64,000 bases of DNA from a phage. Below are positions 34,371 through 45,113 of this stretch, piece after piece. Position 1 is the first letter of the stretch. Each line of letters opens with the position of its first letter. The stretch lies in sequence record PZ452579.1; one strand, 5' to 3'. The notes below the pieces were generated by a model that did no database searches, was not told the DNA's origin, and worked only from the letters and a program-made list of their open reading frames with translations. Made by a program: the position numbers and the translations under genes.

Positions 34371-34886
34371 TTAAAGCAAATCAATCATTTTAACAGTTGG
34401 CAAAACGATTTCTTCTTCAATATAAGCAAATTCAACACATTCAACTACACGCAAGAAATCATAATCATAATATTCAGAAGCATGGCCAAGAATATCAATG
34501 AGACCTTCTGATACCAAATATCCATTCTCACGGAACAGGTCGAATACACGCGATTCGTCTTCTTCAGATTTATCGCCAAGGTCAACTTCAATACCAAAGA
34601 CCTTTTTAATGAATTCCGGCTGGAGCTGGTCAGAGAACAGTCCTTCAACCAGATATTCGTAGATAATAAGCGAGCAACGACCGAATGGCATATTACCACA
34701 GTAACGTTCAGCTTTAGTGCTAGAATGACGACTCTTAAATTTCTTCAAAAGATATTTAAACTGTTGGAGCTCATGCTCTTCTACACCAAACAACGTTTTA
34801 GTTTTATAGTTGTCGCCGTCATTTTCCCAAGTAGTGACATCAATTACGTAACCCTTAGGAATTGTACTGCCTAAACAAATATTCAT
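34371..34886 (-). CDS. hypothetical protein (171 aa)
   Basis: ORF. Confidence 0.55.
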   Translation of the reverse strand: MNICLGSTIPKGYVIDVTTWENDGDNYKTKTLFGVEEHELQQFKYLLKKFKSRHSSTKAERYCGNMPFGRCSLIIYEYLVEGLFSDQLQPEFIKKVFGIEVDLGDKSEEDESRVFDLFRENGYLVSEGLIDILGHASEYYDYDFLRVVECVEFAYIEEEIVLPTVKMIDLL

Positions 34887-34890
34887 TTAC

Positions 34891-35181
34891 TCACCGTACC
34901 ATATTAATGTAATTATATTCAATGCAACGTAATTTCAAAGGATTCTTGAAAATATCATATTCAAGAGGGCCTTTTTCTGTTTCAATAAAGAAATCAAAGT
35001 TAACTGTGTTAAATTTATCGTCTTCACAGAGTAATTTAACTTGCGAAGATGAACGGTCGATATAAACCTTTTCAACCTCAAAGTTAGTCAGAATACCATA
35101 GTCATTAACTAGTGCTTTAGCTGCACGTTGATCGCTTTCATATCCATTCTCGACAGATTTTACTTTAGCATAAAGAATCAT
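34891..35181 (-). CDS. hypothetical protein (96 aa)
   Basis: ORF. Confidence 0.5.
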   Translation of the reverse strand: MILYAKVKSVENGYESDQRAAKALVNDYGILTNFEVEKVYIDRSSSQVKLLCEDDKFNTVNFDFFIETEKGPLEYDIFKNPLKLRCIEYNYINMVR

Positions 35182-35540
35182 GAATGTTCCACCACTTCAA
35201 AGGTATGAGCATCAACAATATGATACCAGTCAAAATTTTCTTCTGCGTTTTTATAAATTTCGCGAAGAGCCTCAACAGTTTTTCCTGTAGCAACAAGGTC
35301 GTCAATACCACCAAGAGGATAACAGTCATAACCAGCAAACAGAAGGAAATTAATAGTTTCTGTAGGTTCTGGATGCAGAACTCCGTTATCGTCTACCACT
35401 TCAAAGAAAGTGTAAGAAGGAGTACAAGTTTTAATCCAAGCCCATGCTTGAGCCGCTGAATCAAATGGTCTGCGTATCAAACGACAATCAGAGTCTTTAG
35501 AAGGATTTGCTTCAAAATCTGCATATACATGATATTTCAT
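35178..35540 (-). CDS. hypothetical protein (120 aa)
   Basis: ORF overlapping neighbours by 4 nt. Confidence 0.55.
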   Translation of the reverse strand: MKYHVYADFEANPSKDSDCRLIRRPFDSAAQAWAWIKTCTPSYTFFEVVDDNGVLHPEPTETINFLLFAGYDCYPLGGIDDLVATGKTVEALREIYKNAEENFDWYHIVDAHTFEVVEHS

Positions 35541-35747
35541 TTACTCACCTTTTGCAATTTTATCCATAACAATAGCGATTAAACCGATTAGAAATGCTAC
35601 TACCAATGAGATAGAATTTTCTGTTGTTGTCAGTAGTCCACAAATGAATCCTACAAACATCGAAAAACTAAAAGCCATTGAAGCAATTACTACAGCAACA
35701 TTACGAATCAGTTCAGCGCGTTTCATTTTATTTCTCCATTTACTCAT
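35541..35747 (-). CDS. small membrane protein (68 aa)
   Basis: Two hydrophobic segments. Confidence 0.5.
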   Translation of the reverse strand: MSKWRNKMKRAELIRNVAVVIASMAFSFSMFVGFICGLLTTTENSISLVVAFLIGLIAIVMDKIAKGE

Positions 35748-35762
35748 TTGTTTTGATAGGAC

Positions 35763-35791
35763 TACTATAACATATCCATATAGGCTTGTAT
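35763..35791 (-). promoter_or_regulatory. early promoter cassette (PeSL-like)
   Basis: -35 TATACA, 17 nt, -10 TATAGT on minus strand. Confidence 0.5.
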
Positions 35792-35795
35792 ACCT

Positions 35796-36059
35796 TTATT
35801 TCAAATATATTGCGTATTTTTTATAGCCACCAGGCTCGTGTCGAAGACCTTTATCATTCGCAAAACGTTGAATGTTATTGAACTGATTTTCATCAAGTTC
35901 GGATGTGTCAAATATAAAAAAGTTTCGTTTGTTACCAAGCGTGATATGCGGAGTTAAGTCAATGTTATACAAATTAAGAATATCAGCAATAACCTGATTG
36001 ACTGCTTTGTTAATTTTCACACCAGACGATTCTGAGATGAATTCGTTGAAAGTTTTCAT
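35796..36059 (-). CDS. internal-protein-like, leader MKTFNEFISE
   Basis: Start at second ATG; leader is a variant of IP consensus. Confidence 0.6.
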   Translation of the reverse strand: MKTFNEFISESSGVKINKAVNQVIADILNLYNIDLTPHITLGNKRNFFIFDTSELDENQFNNIQRFANDKGLRHEPGGYKKYAIYLK

Positions 36060-36091
36060 TTTAGGTTCCATTTGGTTGTTTTGATAGGACT

Positions 36092-36121
36092 ACTATAACA
36101 TAGTCCTACCATGATGTAAAC
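36092..36121 (-). promoter_or_regulatory. early promoter cassette (PeSL-like)
   Basis: -35 GTTTAC, 18 nt, -10 TATAGT; dyad TAGGACTA/TAGTCCTA. Confidence 0.55.
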
Positions 36122-36432
36122 TATTTTATGCCTTTAGATGAAATAGTATTCTGGCGTTTGACCCCAGTTTGTGAAAAATCATGGTTATCAATTTGGTCAA
36201 CTCGCATAACACCAAACGCAGATTTAATTTTGGCCTTTGAACCTTTTTTGATACTAATTACCATATAAGTATCATTTTTCTTATATTCGAAATTTGATAC
36301 TTCAACGCCTTGATTAGAAATTGACTTAATAATAGCATTAGCGTATTCATCATCTAACGGGCCGTTAGTGTTAATAACAAAATTTTTATCCGCTTTAGTA
36401 GCTTCCGCGATGAATTCTTGATAGGTTTTCAT
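36121..36432 (-). CDS. internal-protein-like (ipI position), leader MKTYQEFIAE
   Basis: Exact T4 IP leader; 103 aa; adjacent to 57B as ipI is in T4. Confidence 0.7.
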   Translation of the reverse strand: MKTYQEFIAEATKADKNFVINTNGPLDDEYANAIIKSISNQGVEVSNFEYKKNDTYMVISIKKGSKAKIKSAFGVMRVDQIDNHDFSQTGVKRQNTISSKGIK

Positions 36433-36466
36433 TTTATTTCCTTGAGGTTGTTTATTTGATAGGATG

Positions 36467-36496
36467 ATAGTAACACACCATCATCCTTATGTAAAC
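36467..36496 (-). promoter_or_regulatory. early promoter cassette (PeSL-like)
   Basis: -35 GTTTAC, 18 nt, -10 TACTAT; dyad AGGATGATAG. Confidence 0.5.
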
Positions 36497-36509
36497 TGTT
36501 TTGTGAAAA

Positions 36510-37195
<686 letters not shown>

Positions 37196-37199
37196 TTTA

Positions 37200-37934
37200 T
37201 TACCTTAAGATTTTTTCAATTTTAGAATAAAGCTCTTCTAACGAGCCGTCGTTTGTAATAACTAAGTCGCCTTCTTCAATAGGCAACCCAGCTTCTGTAA
37301 TATGTTTATCAGTGGATTCCGTACCAGAGCGAACCACATGAATAACTGTAGCACCCATCGCTCTAGCGGTTTCCATTTCATGGACTTGGCGTGTATCGGT
37401 TACAACATAGTAATCAAAATCACTTCCAATATAATCCATATAGTTTAATGCAAAAAGTTTAACCCAATACATACGGTCAAATAAATTAACGACAACATCC
37501 GTACCGAGGGCTTGCATAAGACGGCGGATTGACCATGTGTCGTTGATATTATTTATAGCTTCACGCAGGGCTTCATACGGTTTAATATCTAGATATGAAT
37601 ACCTACCTTCTAATGATGATAATACTTTAACATTATTAATTGGTAAATATTGACTTTGTAAATAAATTAGCGCTTCTTCCAATAATTCAATAACATCCAA
37701 CTTATTGAGATTTAATGGTGTTTCACGGTCATATCCAACACCTTCAAAGTATTCATATTTCAACTCGGTGAATACATCAGGGTTTTCGGCATGTCTACGT
37801 CCCCAGGCTATTGCTAGAGCGTCTTTAATCGGATATGCCAATTGGTATTTTACGGATTTAAAGTTTGAATTGATGTAATCAGCAGTAGTGTCTTTACCAC
37901 TACGTTTGATGCCGCTTAAAAAGATTAGCTCCAT
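37200..37934 (-). CDS. 1: dNMP kinase
   Basis: 244 aa; MELIFLSGIKRSGKDTTADYI... P-loop; matches recalled T4 gp1. Confidence 0.9.
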   Translation of the reverse strand: MELIFLSGIKRSGKDTTADYINSNFKSVKYQLAYPIKDALAIAWGRRHAENPDVFTELKYEYFEGVGYDRETPLNLNKLDVIELLEEALIYLQSQYLPINNVKVLSSLEGRYSYLDIKPYEALREAINNINDTWSIRRLMQALGTDVVVNLFDRMYWVKLFALNYMDYIGSDFDYYVVTDTRQVHEMETARAMGATVIHVVRSGTESTDKHITEAGLPIEEGDLVITNDGSLEELYSKIEKILR

Positions 37935-37987
37935 AGGTTTTCCTCATATAATTTATGAGTGATTATAACATACGGAGCTAGAAGCGA

Positions 37988-38572
37988 TTAACGCAAGGAA
38001 GGGTGTCTAGAAATGGATTTAGATTCGACCGCTTGACGTGGTTGTTGAGATACAATGACTTCGCCATCCTTTTCTATCGTCATATACGCATAGTGAATAG
38101 TTGCTACGCACGTAACGGCAGGGTCGGAGTCTTCAGTGTAACTAAATTCAATTTCGCTCAAATCGGAAATCCATGGTTTATAGAAATTTGCCGTCAAAAC
38201 TACTTCAGTCTTATTGTTGTTTAAAATGTGCAAAGTAACAAACTCAGGACCATCGGAGTGGGCCGTATTATGTCCGGTTATATAGTTATTAGTGCTGAGC
38301 ATCCATTTATACATGTTCATCCAGGACGTCATGTCTTCATCAACTATAAATCGTACAACAAAAGGGTCATATTCAAATGTGGTGCCTGCACGCATTGCAC
38401 GTCCTAACCCCATTGTGCCTGTCACAGTTTCAACAACAGGAATTCTCACACCTGGCAATGGAGCTGTTTGGGCATTGAGCACAAAACCTGAAGTTCGTGT
38501 ACTATCCGGGATATCCACAACAAAGTTTGTTATATTTGTTTGGTTAAAAATCTGTCTCGTTGGACGAGTCAT
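37988..38572 (-). CDS. 3: tail completion/sheath stabilizer gp3
   Basis: Assigned by T4 synteny (1-3-2-4) and C-terminal ...HPSLR; ATG after GTG track start. Confidence 0.7.
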   Translation of the reverse strand: MTRPTRQIFNQTNITNFVVDIPDSTRTSGFVLNAQTAPLPGVRIPVVETVTGTMGLGRAMRAGTTFEYDPFVVRFIVDEDMTSWMNMYKWMLSTNNYITGHNTAHSDGPEFVTLHILNNNKTEVVLTANFYKPWISDLSEIEFSYTEDSDPAVTCVATIHYAYMTIEKDGEVIVSQQPRQAVESKSISRHPSLR

Positions 38573-38675
38573 AAGCACCTCAAAAACGCTTTAATAAAAA
38601 TGCAGTATAATGGTTTTAGGTCTCTTCCATTAATCTGGTTCAACAGAATATCAAGAAGAACGGAAGAGAATAGAA

Positions 38676-39497
38676 TTAAGATTTCCAAACAGTATTCGCA
38701 GAGAAACGTTTTCCTTTTGACATAAACTGCTGAGTAGGTAACATGATTATGTTAGCCCAGTCTTTAGGAGCTATTTCTGTTATTGTTCCTCTAATGTGGC
38801 CTGGCAGGTATGCTTTAATCATTTTGTCAGCACCTTGAAATCCTTTCACCTTGCTCCAGTCTATCTTCAACTTTGTGTTATTAGTAATAGTAGTTGTGCT
38901 AGCATATTGCTTCAGCAATTCTTCAAGAAACTGTTGTCGTGCTTTAGGTGGGATATAGTGCAAGTTTAACCCGTACATCAAATTATGTTTACCTAATCCT
39001 AAATAAATAATCAAAGGATATCGGTCCCAGTATGGCAGAGTATCTTTATGTTTAGCATCATACACGTAAGTATAAATTTTGCCTGGCGCAGGCTTGACTA
39101 CTTTATGACCTTTTACACTTTTCTTAATTGTTTCAACAAACCACTTAGATGATTTGTTGTTTACTGCTGCGCCTTCATTTCTAATCTTTTCTCGTATTGA
39201 ACTGCGAAACGAGTTTATCATCAGAAGTTGACGTTCTTGCTTATTGAGTTTATTTTTAGGTTTAGATTCAAGCGTTTCAATTTTCTGTGCAGTCTTAATA
39301 GATGATGCATATCTAGACATTGCAGATGTAAACGACGAGTATTTTATTCCTTTTGATTCTGCAAATGCTTTTGCAGTGATTCCTTTCTCTTTAGCTTTCT
39401 TGTATTCTAATCCTATCTCAATCCATTTTCTTTCATTCATAGACTGAGCAATCTTAGGGGCTTGTACGCCTTCAGATATAATTTGGAATATGCTCAT
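38676..39497 (-). CDS. 2: DNA end protector gp2
   Basis: 273 aa; T4 gp2 size and synteny. Confidence 0.75.
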   Translation of the reverse strand: MSIFQIISEGVQAPKIAQSMNERKWIEIGLEYKKAKEKGITAKAFAESKGIKYSSFTSAMSRYASSIKTAQKIETLESKPKNKLNKQERQLLMINSFRSSIREKIRNEGAAVNNKSSKWFVETIKKSVKGHKVVKPAPGKIYTYVYDAKHKDTLPYWDRYPLIIYLGLGKHNLMYGLNLHYIPPKARQQFLEELLKQYASTTTITNNTKLKIDWSKVKGFQGADKMIKAYLPGHIRGTITEIAPKDWANIIMLPTQQFMSKGKRFSANTVWKS

Positions 39498-39499
39498 AA

Positions 39500-39952
39500 T
39501 TACCCCTTGTATCCGAGTTTTCTAAGACCATCTTCAGTTAGAACTCGAAATTTTATATTTCTCTTTTCAGCAACAGCTGAGGCAGCTTTCCATTTGTCAC
39601 AGTTCACAGACCAGGTATATATTTCATTCATATAACGTTTCTTTGCTGCGGTAGTAAGATTTGCAGGCTTAATAGGTGGTTGAGTTTCTTTCTTTGGTTT
39701 TATTTCTACAAAGAACTCTTGACCTGATGCATCTTTCATCCATATATCCATAAAGTATCGACGTTTTTTACCTTCTGCGTTACAGAAATATGGAATTACT
39801 GCTGTTTCGCTGCCCCATGCAATAATTTCTGGATTTTTATCTAACCATTCGAAAAAGAATTTTTCCCAGTTTGAACGATACGTTATTTTGGTATGGTCTC
39901 CACGGTATTTTTTTAAATTTTTTGGGACCCATTTACCAGAGTAGGCCATGTT
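39500..39952 (-). CDS. 4: head completion protein gp4
   Basis: 150 aa from [18 protein letters not shown]...; matches recalled T4 gp4. Confidence 0.85.
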   Translation of the reverse strand, partial: NMAYSGKWVPKNLKKYRGDHTKITYRSNWEKFFFEWLDKNPEIIAWGSETAVIPYFCNAEGKKRRYFMDIWMKDASGQEFFVEIKPKKETQPPIKPANLTTAAKKRYMNEIYTWSVNCDKWKAASAVAEKRNIKFRVLTEDGLRKLGYKG

Positions 39953-39960
39953 GTCCTCCT

Positions 39961-39968
39961 TATAAATA
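39961..39968 (+). promoter_or_regulatory. T4-type late promoter TATAAATA (gene 53)
   Basis: TATAAATA 43 nt upstream of gene 53 start. Confidence 0.65.
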
Positions 39969-39975
39969 GTATTAT

Positions 39976-39983
39976 TATTTATA
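39976..39983 (-). promoter_or_regulatory. T4-type late promoter TATAAATA (gene 4)
   Basis: Minus-strand TATAAATA 24 nt upstream of gene 4 ATG. Confidence 0.6.
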
Positions 39984-40010
39984 CCAATTTCATATTGGAA
40001 GGAGACTATC

Positions 40011-40586
40011 TTGTTATTTACATTCTTCGACCCAATAGGATATAGTGCTAAAACCATTAATAAGAATGCACCTACTATTCCTATGACAGACATATTTCGT
40101 AATTATAAAGAGTACTTTAAACGTGTTGCGACCAACTATAGATTACAAACTTATTATATTAAAGGTTCTCCACGCCCAGAAGAACTAGCAAATATCATTT
40201 ATGGTAATCCACAATTATACTGGGTCCTTTTGATGTGTAATGATAATTATGATCCGTATTATGGATGGATTACATCTCAGGAAGCGGCGTATCAGGCATC
40301 TATTCAGAAGTATGCAAATGCAGGTGGAGACCAAATTCTTTATCATATTAACGAAAAACGCGAGAAATTTTATAACTTAGTTTCATATCCAGATGAGCCA
40401 TTAGTATGGTATGATAAAGGCGATAAAGCTCGTAAGTATCCACAATATAAAGGACCTTTAGCTGCAGTAGATACTTATGAAGCGGCTGTACTAGATAACG
40501 AAAAACTTCGTAAAATAAAAATTGTTGCAAAAGAAGATATAAACTCGTTTATCACAGATTTGATTCGTGAGATGGAGATTGCATAA
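40011..40586 (+). CDS. 53: baseplate wedge protein gp53
   Basis: MLFTFFDPIGYSAK... matches recalled T4 gp53; first codon is TTG with strong SD AGGAG 7 nt upstream. Confidence 0.85.
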   Translation: MLFTFFDPIGYSAKTINKNAPTIPMTDIFRNYKEYFKRVATNYRLQTYYIKGSPRPEELANIIYGNPQLYWVLLMCNDNYDPYYGWITSQEAAYQASIQKYANAGGDQILYHINEKREKFYNLVSYPDEPLVWYDKGDKARKYPQYKGPLAAVDTYEAAVLDNEKLRKIKIVAKEDINSFITDLIREMEIA

Positions 40587-42319
40587 TGGAAATGATTAGT
40601 AGTAGCCTTAATTGGTTTGTGGGTGTTGTTGAAGACAGAATGGACCCATTGAAACAAGGGCGTGTTCGAGTACGAGTCGTAGGCCTGCATCCAGCACAGA
40701 GAGCACAAGGTGATGTACAAGGTATTCCTACAGAAAAACTTCCATGGATGACTGTTATTCAACCTATTACATCTGCATCAATGTCGGGTATTGGTGGTTC
40801 TGTTACAGGCCCTGTTGAAGGAACTCGAGTATATGGTCATTTCTTAGACAAATGGAAAACAAACGGGATTGTACTTGGTACATACGGCGGAATAGTACGT
40901 GAAAAGCCTAATAGACTTGAAGGTTTTTCAGACCCGACAGGCCAGTATCCGCGACGTTTAGGTAATGATACGAATGTATTAAACCAAGGTGGTGAAGCTG
41001 GTTATTATTCGAACTCTAACGTAATTCAAGATAACAACTTGGATTATGGTATAAACCCAGACGATACAGATTTAGCAAATATTCCAGAAGATGATGACCC
41101 TAATTTTACAATAACAGAAATGTTACGTCGTGATGAAGGTCTTCGTGATAAAGTGTATTGGGACCATCTAGGGTATCCTACAGTAGGTATTGGACACCTT
41201 ATCGTAATGGAAAAGACCCGAGACATGACTCGAATTAATAAATTGTTATCCGATCAAGTAGGGCGTGAAGTAACAGGAAATCCCGGGACTATTACATTAG
41301 AAGAAGCAACAGCTCTATTTGAGAAGGACCTTGCTAAGATGCAGAAAGACATTCGTTCTAATTCTAAAGTAGGTCCTGTTTATGCTAAAATGAACAGGTC
41401 TCGCCAAATGGCATTAGAAAACATGTGCTTCCAAATGGGCGTTGGCGGTGTAGCAAAATTCAATACTATGCTTAAAGCAATGGCCACAGGCGATTGGAAA
41501 ACCGCATACAAATCCGGACGCGATTCGTTATGGTTCCAACAGACTAAAGGGCGTGCTTCACGTGTAACAACAATTATTTTAACCGGTAACATGGAATCAT
41601 ACGGTGTTCCTGTTAAAACACCGCCTTCACCAGGAGTTGGTGCCGATTTAGTTACTAGAAATACCGATCCAGAAGACCCGGCTGGTCCTCCTGTTCCGTT
41701 AGATTCACGTATCCTTTTTAAAGAACCGGAATCAAGTTATCGTGGTGAGTATCCATACGTTCATGCTATGGAAACAGAAAGTGGTCATATCCAAGAATTT
41801 GACGATACTCCAGGTAGTGAACGTTATCGCTTAGTTCATCCAACAGGGTCATATGAGGAAGTTTCTCCGTCTGGTCGTCGCACTCGTAAAACTGTAGAAG
41901 ACCTTTTTGACATCACTAATGGTGATGGGAATTTCCTGGTTTCTGGTGATAAACTTGTTAACGTTGGTGCTAACGAAATATATTATAACATGGCAGACCG
42001 CCTCCATCAAATAGACGGCAACGACACAATCTTTATTCGTGGCAACCAAGTTAAAACTGTTGAAGGTGATGGAACTCTTTACGTTAAGGGCAATATCAAA
42101 ATAGTCGTTGACGGGAATGCAGATATTCTTGTTAAAGGCGATGCTAAAACTCAAGTTGAAGGGAATCATGACTATACTGTCAATGGTAATGTTAAATGGA
42201 CGGTTAATGGTAATGTTGATATGACTGTTGCTGGTAATTGGACAGAGACAATGTCTACAATGAGCTCAATAGCTTCAGGACAATATACTGTCGACGGGTC
42301 TCGTATTGATATTGGGTAA
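40586..42319 (+). CDS. 5: baseplate hub + tail lysozyme gp5
   Basis: 577 aa; lysozyme-like segment EMLRRDEGLRDKVYWDHLGYPTVGIGH; C-terminal repeat-rich region. Confidence 0.95.
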   Translation: MEMISSSLNWFVGVVEDRMDPLKQGRVRVRVVGLHPAQRAQGDVQGIPTEKLPWMTVIQPITSASMSGIGGSVTGPVEGTRVYGHFLDKWKTNGIVLGTYGGIVREKPNRLEGFSDPTGQYPRRLGNDTNVLNQGGEAGYYSNSNVIQDNNLDYGINPDDTDLANIPEDDDPNFTITEMLRRDEGLRDKVYWDHLGYPTVGIGHLIVMEKTRDMTRINKLLSDQVGREVTGNPGTITLEEATALFEKDLAKMQKDIRSNSKVGPVYAKMNRSRQMALENMCFQMGVGGVAKFNTMLKAMATGDWKTAYKSGRDSLWFQQTKGRASRVTTIILTGNMESYGVPVKTPPSPGVGADLVTRNTDPEDPAGPPVPLDSRILFKEPESSYRGEYPYVHAMETESGHIQEFDDTPGSERYRLVHPTGSYEEVSPSGRRTRKTVEDLFDITNGDGNFLVSGDKLVNVGANEIYYNMADRLHQIDGNDTIFIRGNQVKTVEGDGTLYVKGNIKIVVDGNADILVKGDAKTQVEGNHDYTVNGNVKWTVNGNVDMTVAGNWTETMSTMSSIASGQYTVDGSRIDIG

Positions 42320-42322
42320 TAT

Positions 42323-42838
42323 ATGGCACAAATACTTCCTTTAAATACCGACTTAGGAGAAGACATGGAAGGGGCGTCTATTGACGTCCTTTTTACTCCA
42401 CAGTTAGAAACTACCGAAACTTTGGTGTCAATAAATATAATAGATTATGAACCAGCACAAGGCATTACGGTGGACGGTAATCACTTATATGGAACATATG
42501 AAAGCGTATTTAGCTTTTCTTCAGATGCATTGAAATATCGATTAAACGATGATTTTAAAACTGCATCTTCATGGGAAGATTTACCGCAAGACCAAAGCAC
42601 TCAACTATATTTGTGGAGAGCTCCTCAGAACCTCCGTAAAGTATTTAGTTATACGGTTGAAATGATTTATAACTACCAAGAAGAAAGTTCATCGGGCGGT
42701 TCTAGAAGTGACTCTGGTACAGAACCTCCACCGGCTCCAGTACAAAAAACTCTTACTAAGGTTTATACAAAAACTATAGTAGGAAATTGGAGCAAATGGG
42801 CTCATCAATTACGAAACTATGTTTATGTGAGGCCGTGA
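42323..42838 (+). CDS. 5.1: gp5.1-like protein
   Basis: 171 aa ORF between genes 5 and 5.4. Confidence 0.65.
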   Translation: MAQILPLNTDLGEDMEGASIDVLFTPQLETTETLVSINIIDYEPAQGITVDGNHLYGTYESVFSFSSDALKYRLNDDFKTASSWEDLPQDQSTQLYLWRAPQNLRKVFSYTVEMIYNYQEESSSGGSRSDSGTEPPPAPVQKTLTKVYTKTIVGNWSKWAHQLRNYVYVRP

Positions 42839-42840
42839 AA

Positions 42841-43134
42841 ATGTCTGGCTTAAGTTACGACAAGTGCGTTACAACAGGTCATGAAGCATGGCCTCCTACT
42901 GTAATAAATGCTTCCCAATCTAAAGTGTTCACTGGCGGTATTCCTGTTCTTGTAGCAGGAGACCAAATAACACCTCATACAGAAATTAAAAAACCGTACG
43001 AGACTCATGGAGGTGTTACTGAACCTCGTACATCTAAAGTATATGTCACAGGTAAAAAGGCCGTTCAAATGGCTGACCCAATTTCATGCGGGGATACTGT
43101 TTCTCAGGCCTCGTCAAAAGTCTTTATAAAATAG
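42841..43134 (+). CDS. 5.4: PAAR-like spike tip protein gp5.4
   Basis: 97 aa from [17 protein letters not shown]...; size and position as T4 gp5.4. Confidence 0.7.
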   Translation: MSGLSYDKCVTTGHEAWPPTVINASQSKVFTGGIPVLVAGDQITPHTEIKKPYETHGGVTEPRTSKVYVTGKKAVQMADPISCGDTVSQASSKVFIK

Positions 43135-43142
43135 GAATTAAA

Positions 43143-45113
43143 ATGGCAAACACTCCTGTAAATTATCAGTTAGTCAGAACGGCGAATGCTATTCCCGAAA
43201 TTTTTATCGGGGGCACATTTGCCGAAATTAAAACAAACATAATCGAATGGCTCAATGGACAGAACGAATTTCTTGATTATGATTTTGAAGGTTCGCGTTT
43301 AAACGTATTGTGTGACCTTTTAGCATATAATACTCTTTATATCCAACAGTTCAGTAATAGTGCAGTGTATGAAAGCTTTATGCGTACTGCTAACTTGCGC
43401 AGTTCCGTTGTACAAGCGGCTCAGGATAATGGATATCTGCCTGCATCTAAATCAGCAGCACAAACAGAAATTATGCTCACATGTACGGATGCATTAAATA
43501 GAAACTATATCACTATTCCACGTGGTACTCGTTTCCTGGCGTATGCTAAAGGTACTTCTGTAAATCCATATAACTTTGTTTCCACCGAAGACGTCATTGT
43601 AGTTAAAGACAAAAATAATCAATATTTCCCACGTCTTAGGTTAGCTCAGGGACGTATTGTTCGTACTGAATTAACATTTGATAAATTAAAACCTATCATT
43701 ATTCGTGATAAGAACATTGACCGTAATTTGGTTAAATTGTATGTTGACGGAGCAGAATGGATTAACTGGACTCGCAAATCGATGGTTCATGCTGGTTCTA
43801 CTTCAACCATTTATTATATGCGAGAAACTGTTGATGGGAACACTGAATTTTATTTTGGTGAAGGTGAAATCTCTATTAACACATCAGAAGGTGCTTTAAC
43901 ATCTAACTACATTGGCGGCCTTAAACCTGTCCAGGGTTCTAAAATCGTAATTGAATATATTTCTACTAATGGTGCTGAAGCAAATGGTGCAGTAGGATTC
44001 TCTTATGCTGATACATTAGCTAATATCACAGTTATTGGAATTAATGAAAACCCAAGTAATAACCCTGACTTCGTTGGTGCGGATGGCGGTGGCGACCCTG
44101 AAGATATTGAACGTATCCGTGAATTAGGTACAATTAAACGTGAAACTCAACAACGATGTGTGACTGCGACAGATTACGACACATTCGTCTCTGAACGATT
44201 TGGTTCTATTATTCAAGCGGTTCAGACATTTACGGATTCATCTAAGCCTGGGTACGCATTTATTGCTGCTAAACCTAAGTCTGGGTTATATTTGACTTCC
44301 GTCCAACGAGATGATATTAAAAATTATCTTAATGAGTATAACTTAGGGACGATAACTCCTGTTGTTATTTCTCCTGATTATTTGTTTATTAAAATGAATA
44401 TTCGCGTTACGTATGCATTGAACAAATTACAAGAATCTGAACAATGGTTAGAAGGCCAAATTATTAATAAAATCGACCGGTATTATATTGAAGACGTGGA
44501 AATTTTTAACTCGTCATTCGCAAAATCTAAAATGCTAACGTATGTCGATGACGCAGATATTTCTATCATTGGTTCGTCTGCGACTATTCAAATGGTTCGC
44601 GAGGTACAGAACTTCTACAAAACACCTGAAACAGGTATTAAATACAATAACCAGATTAAAGATAGAACATTAGAATCTAACGTGTTTTCATTTGATAGTT
44701 TACGCGTTGACCCTGAAACGGAAGCTACTATTAAATATGACGTTCGCATTGTAGGTTCAGATAGAAATGACCGTGGCATTGGACAAGTTATCATTGGTCC
44801 GTTTGCAGATGGCGACGTTATAGAAAATGCTTATATTCAACCATATACTGGTGACGATTTTAATAAACTTCATGTTACGGACGGAAGAAACAAATATTAC
44901 TCTATAGGTGAAGTAAATTATCCGGCTGATTCAATTTATTGGAATATAGCTAAAATTGATTTAACTTCTGATAGGTTTGAAGTTCAAACTATTGAACTCT
45001 ATTCAGACCCAGCTGATGATGTTATCTTTACTAAAGACGGGTCATTAATTGTATTTGAAAATGACTTACGTCCGCAATATTTAACCATAGATTTGGAGCC
45101 TATTTCACAATGA
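43143..45113 (+). CDS. 6: baseplate wedge protein gp6
   Basis: Start at MANTPVNYQL with SD AGGA; 656 aa. Confidence 0.9.
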   Translation: MANTPVNYQLVRTANAIPEIFIGGTFAEIKTNIIEWLNGQNEFLDYDFEGSRLNVLCDLLAYNTLYIQQFSNSAVYESFMRTANLRSSVVQAAQDNGYLPASKSAAQTEIMLTCTDALNRNYITIPRGTRFLAYAKGTSVNPYNFVSTEDVIVVKDKNNQYFPRLRLAQGRIVRTELTFDKLKPIIIRDKNIDRNLVKLYVDGAEWINWTRKSMVHAGSTSTIYYMRETVDGNTEFYFGEGEISINTSEGALTSNYIGGLKPVQGSKIVIEYISTNGAEANGAVGFSYADTLANITVIGINENPSNNPDFVGADGGGDPEDIERIRELGTIKRETQQRCVTATDYDTFVSERFGSIIQAVQTFTDSSKPGYAFIAAKPKSGLYLTSVQRDDIKNYLNEYNLGTITPVVISPDYLFIKMNIRVTYALNKLQESEQWLEGQIINKIDRYYIEDVEIFNSSFAKSKMLTYVDDADISIIGSSATIQMVREVQNFYKTPETGIKYNNQIKDRTLESNVFSFDSLRVDPETEATIKYDVRIVGSDRNDRGIGQVIIGPFADGDVIENAYIQPYTGDDFNKLHVTDGRNKYYSIGEVNYPADSIYWNIAKIDLTSDRFEVQTIELYSDPADDVIFTKDGSLIVFENDLRPQYLTIDLEPISQ

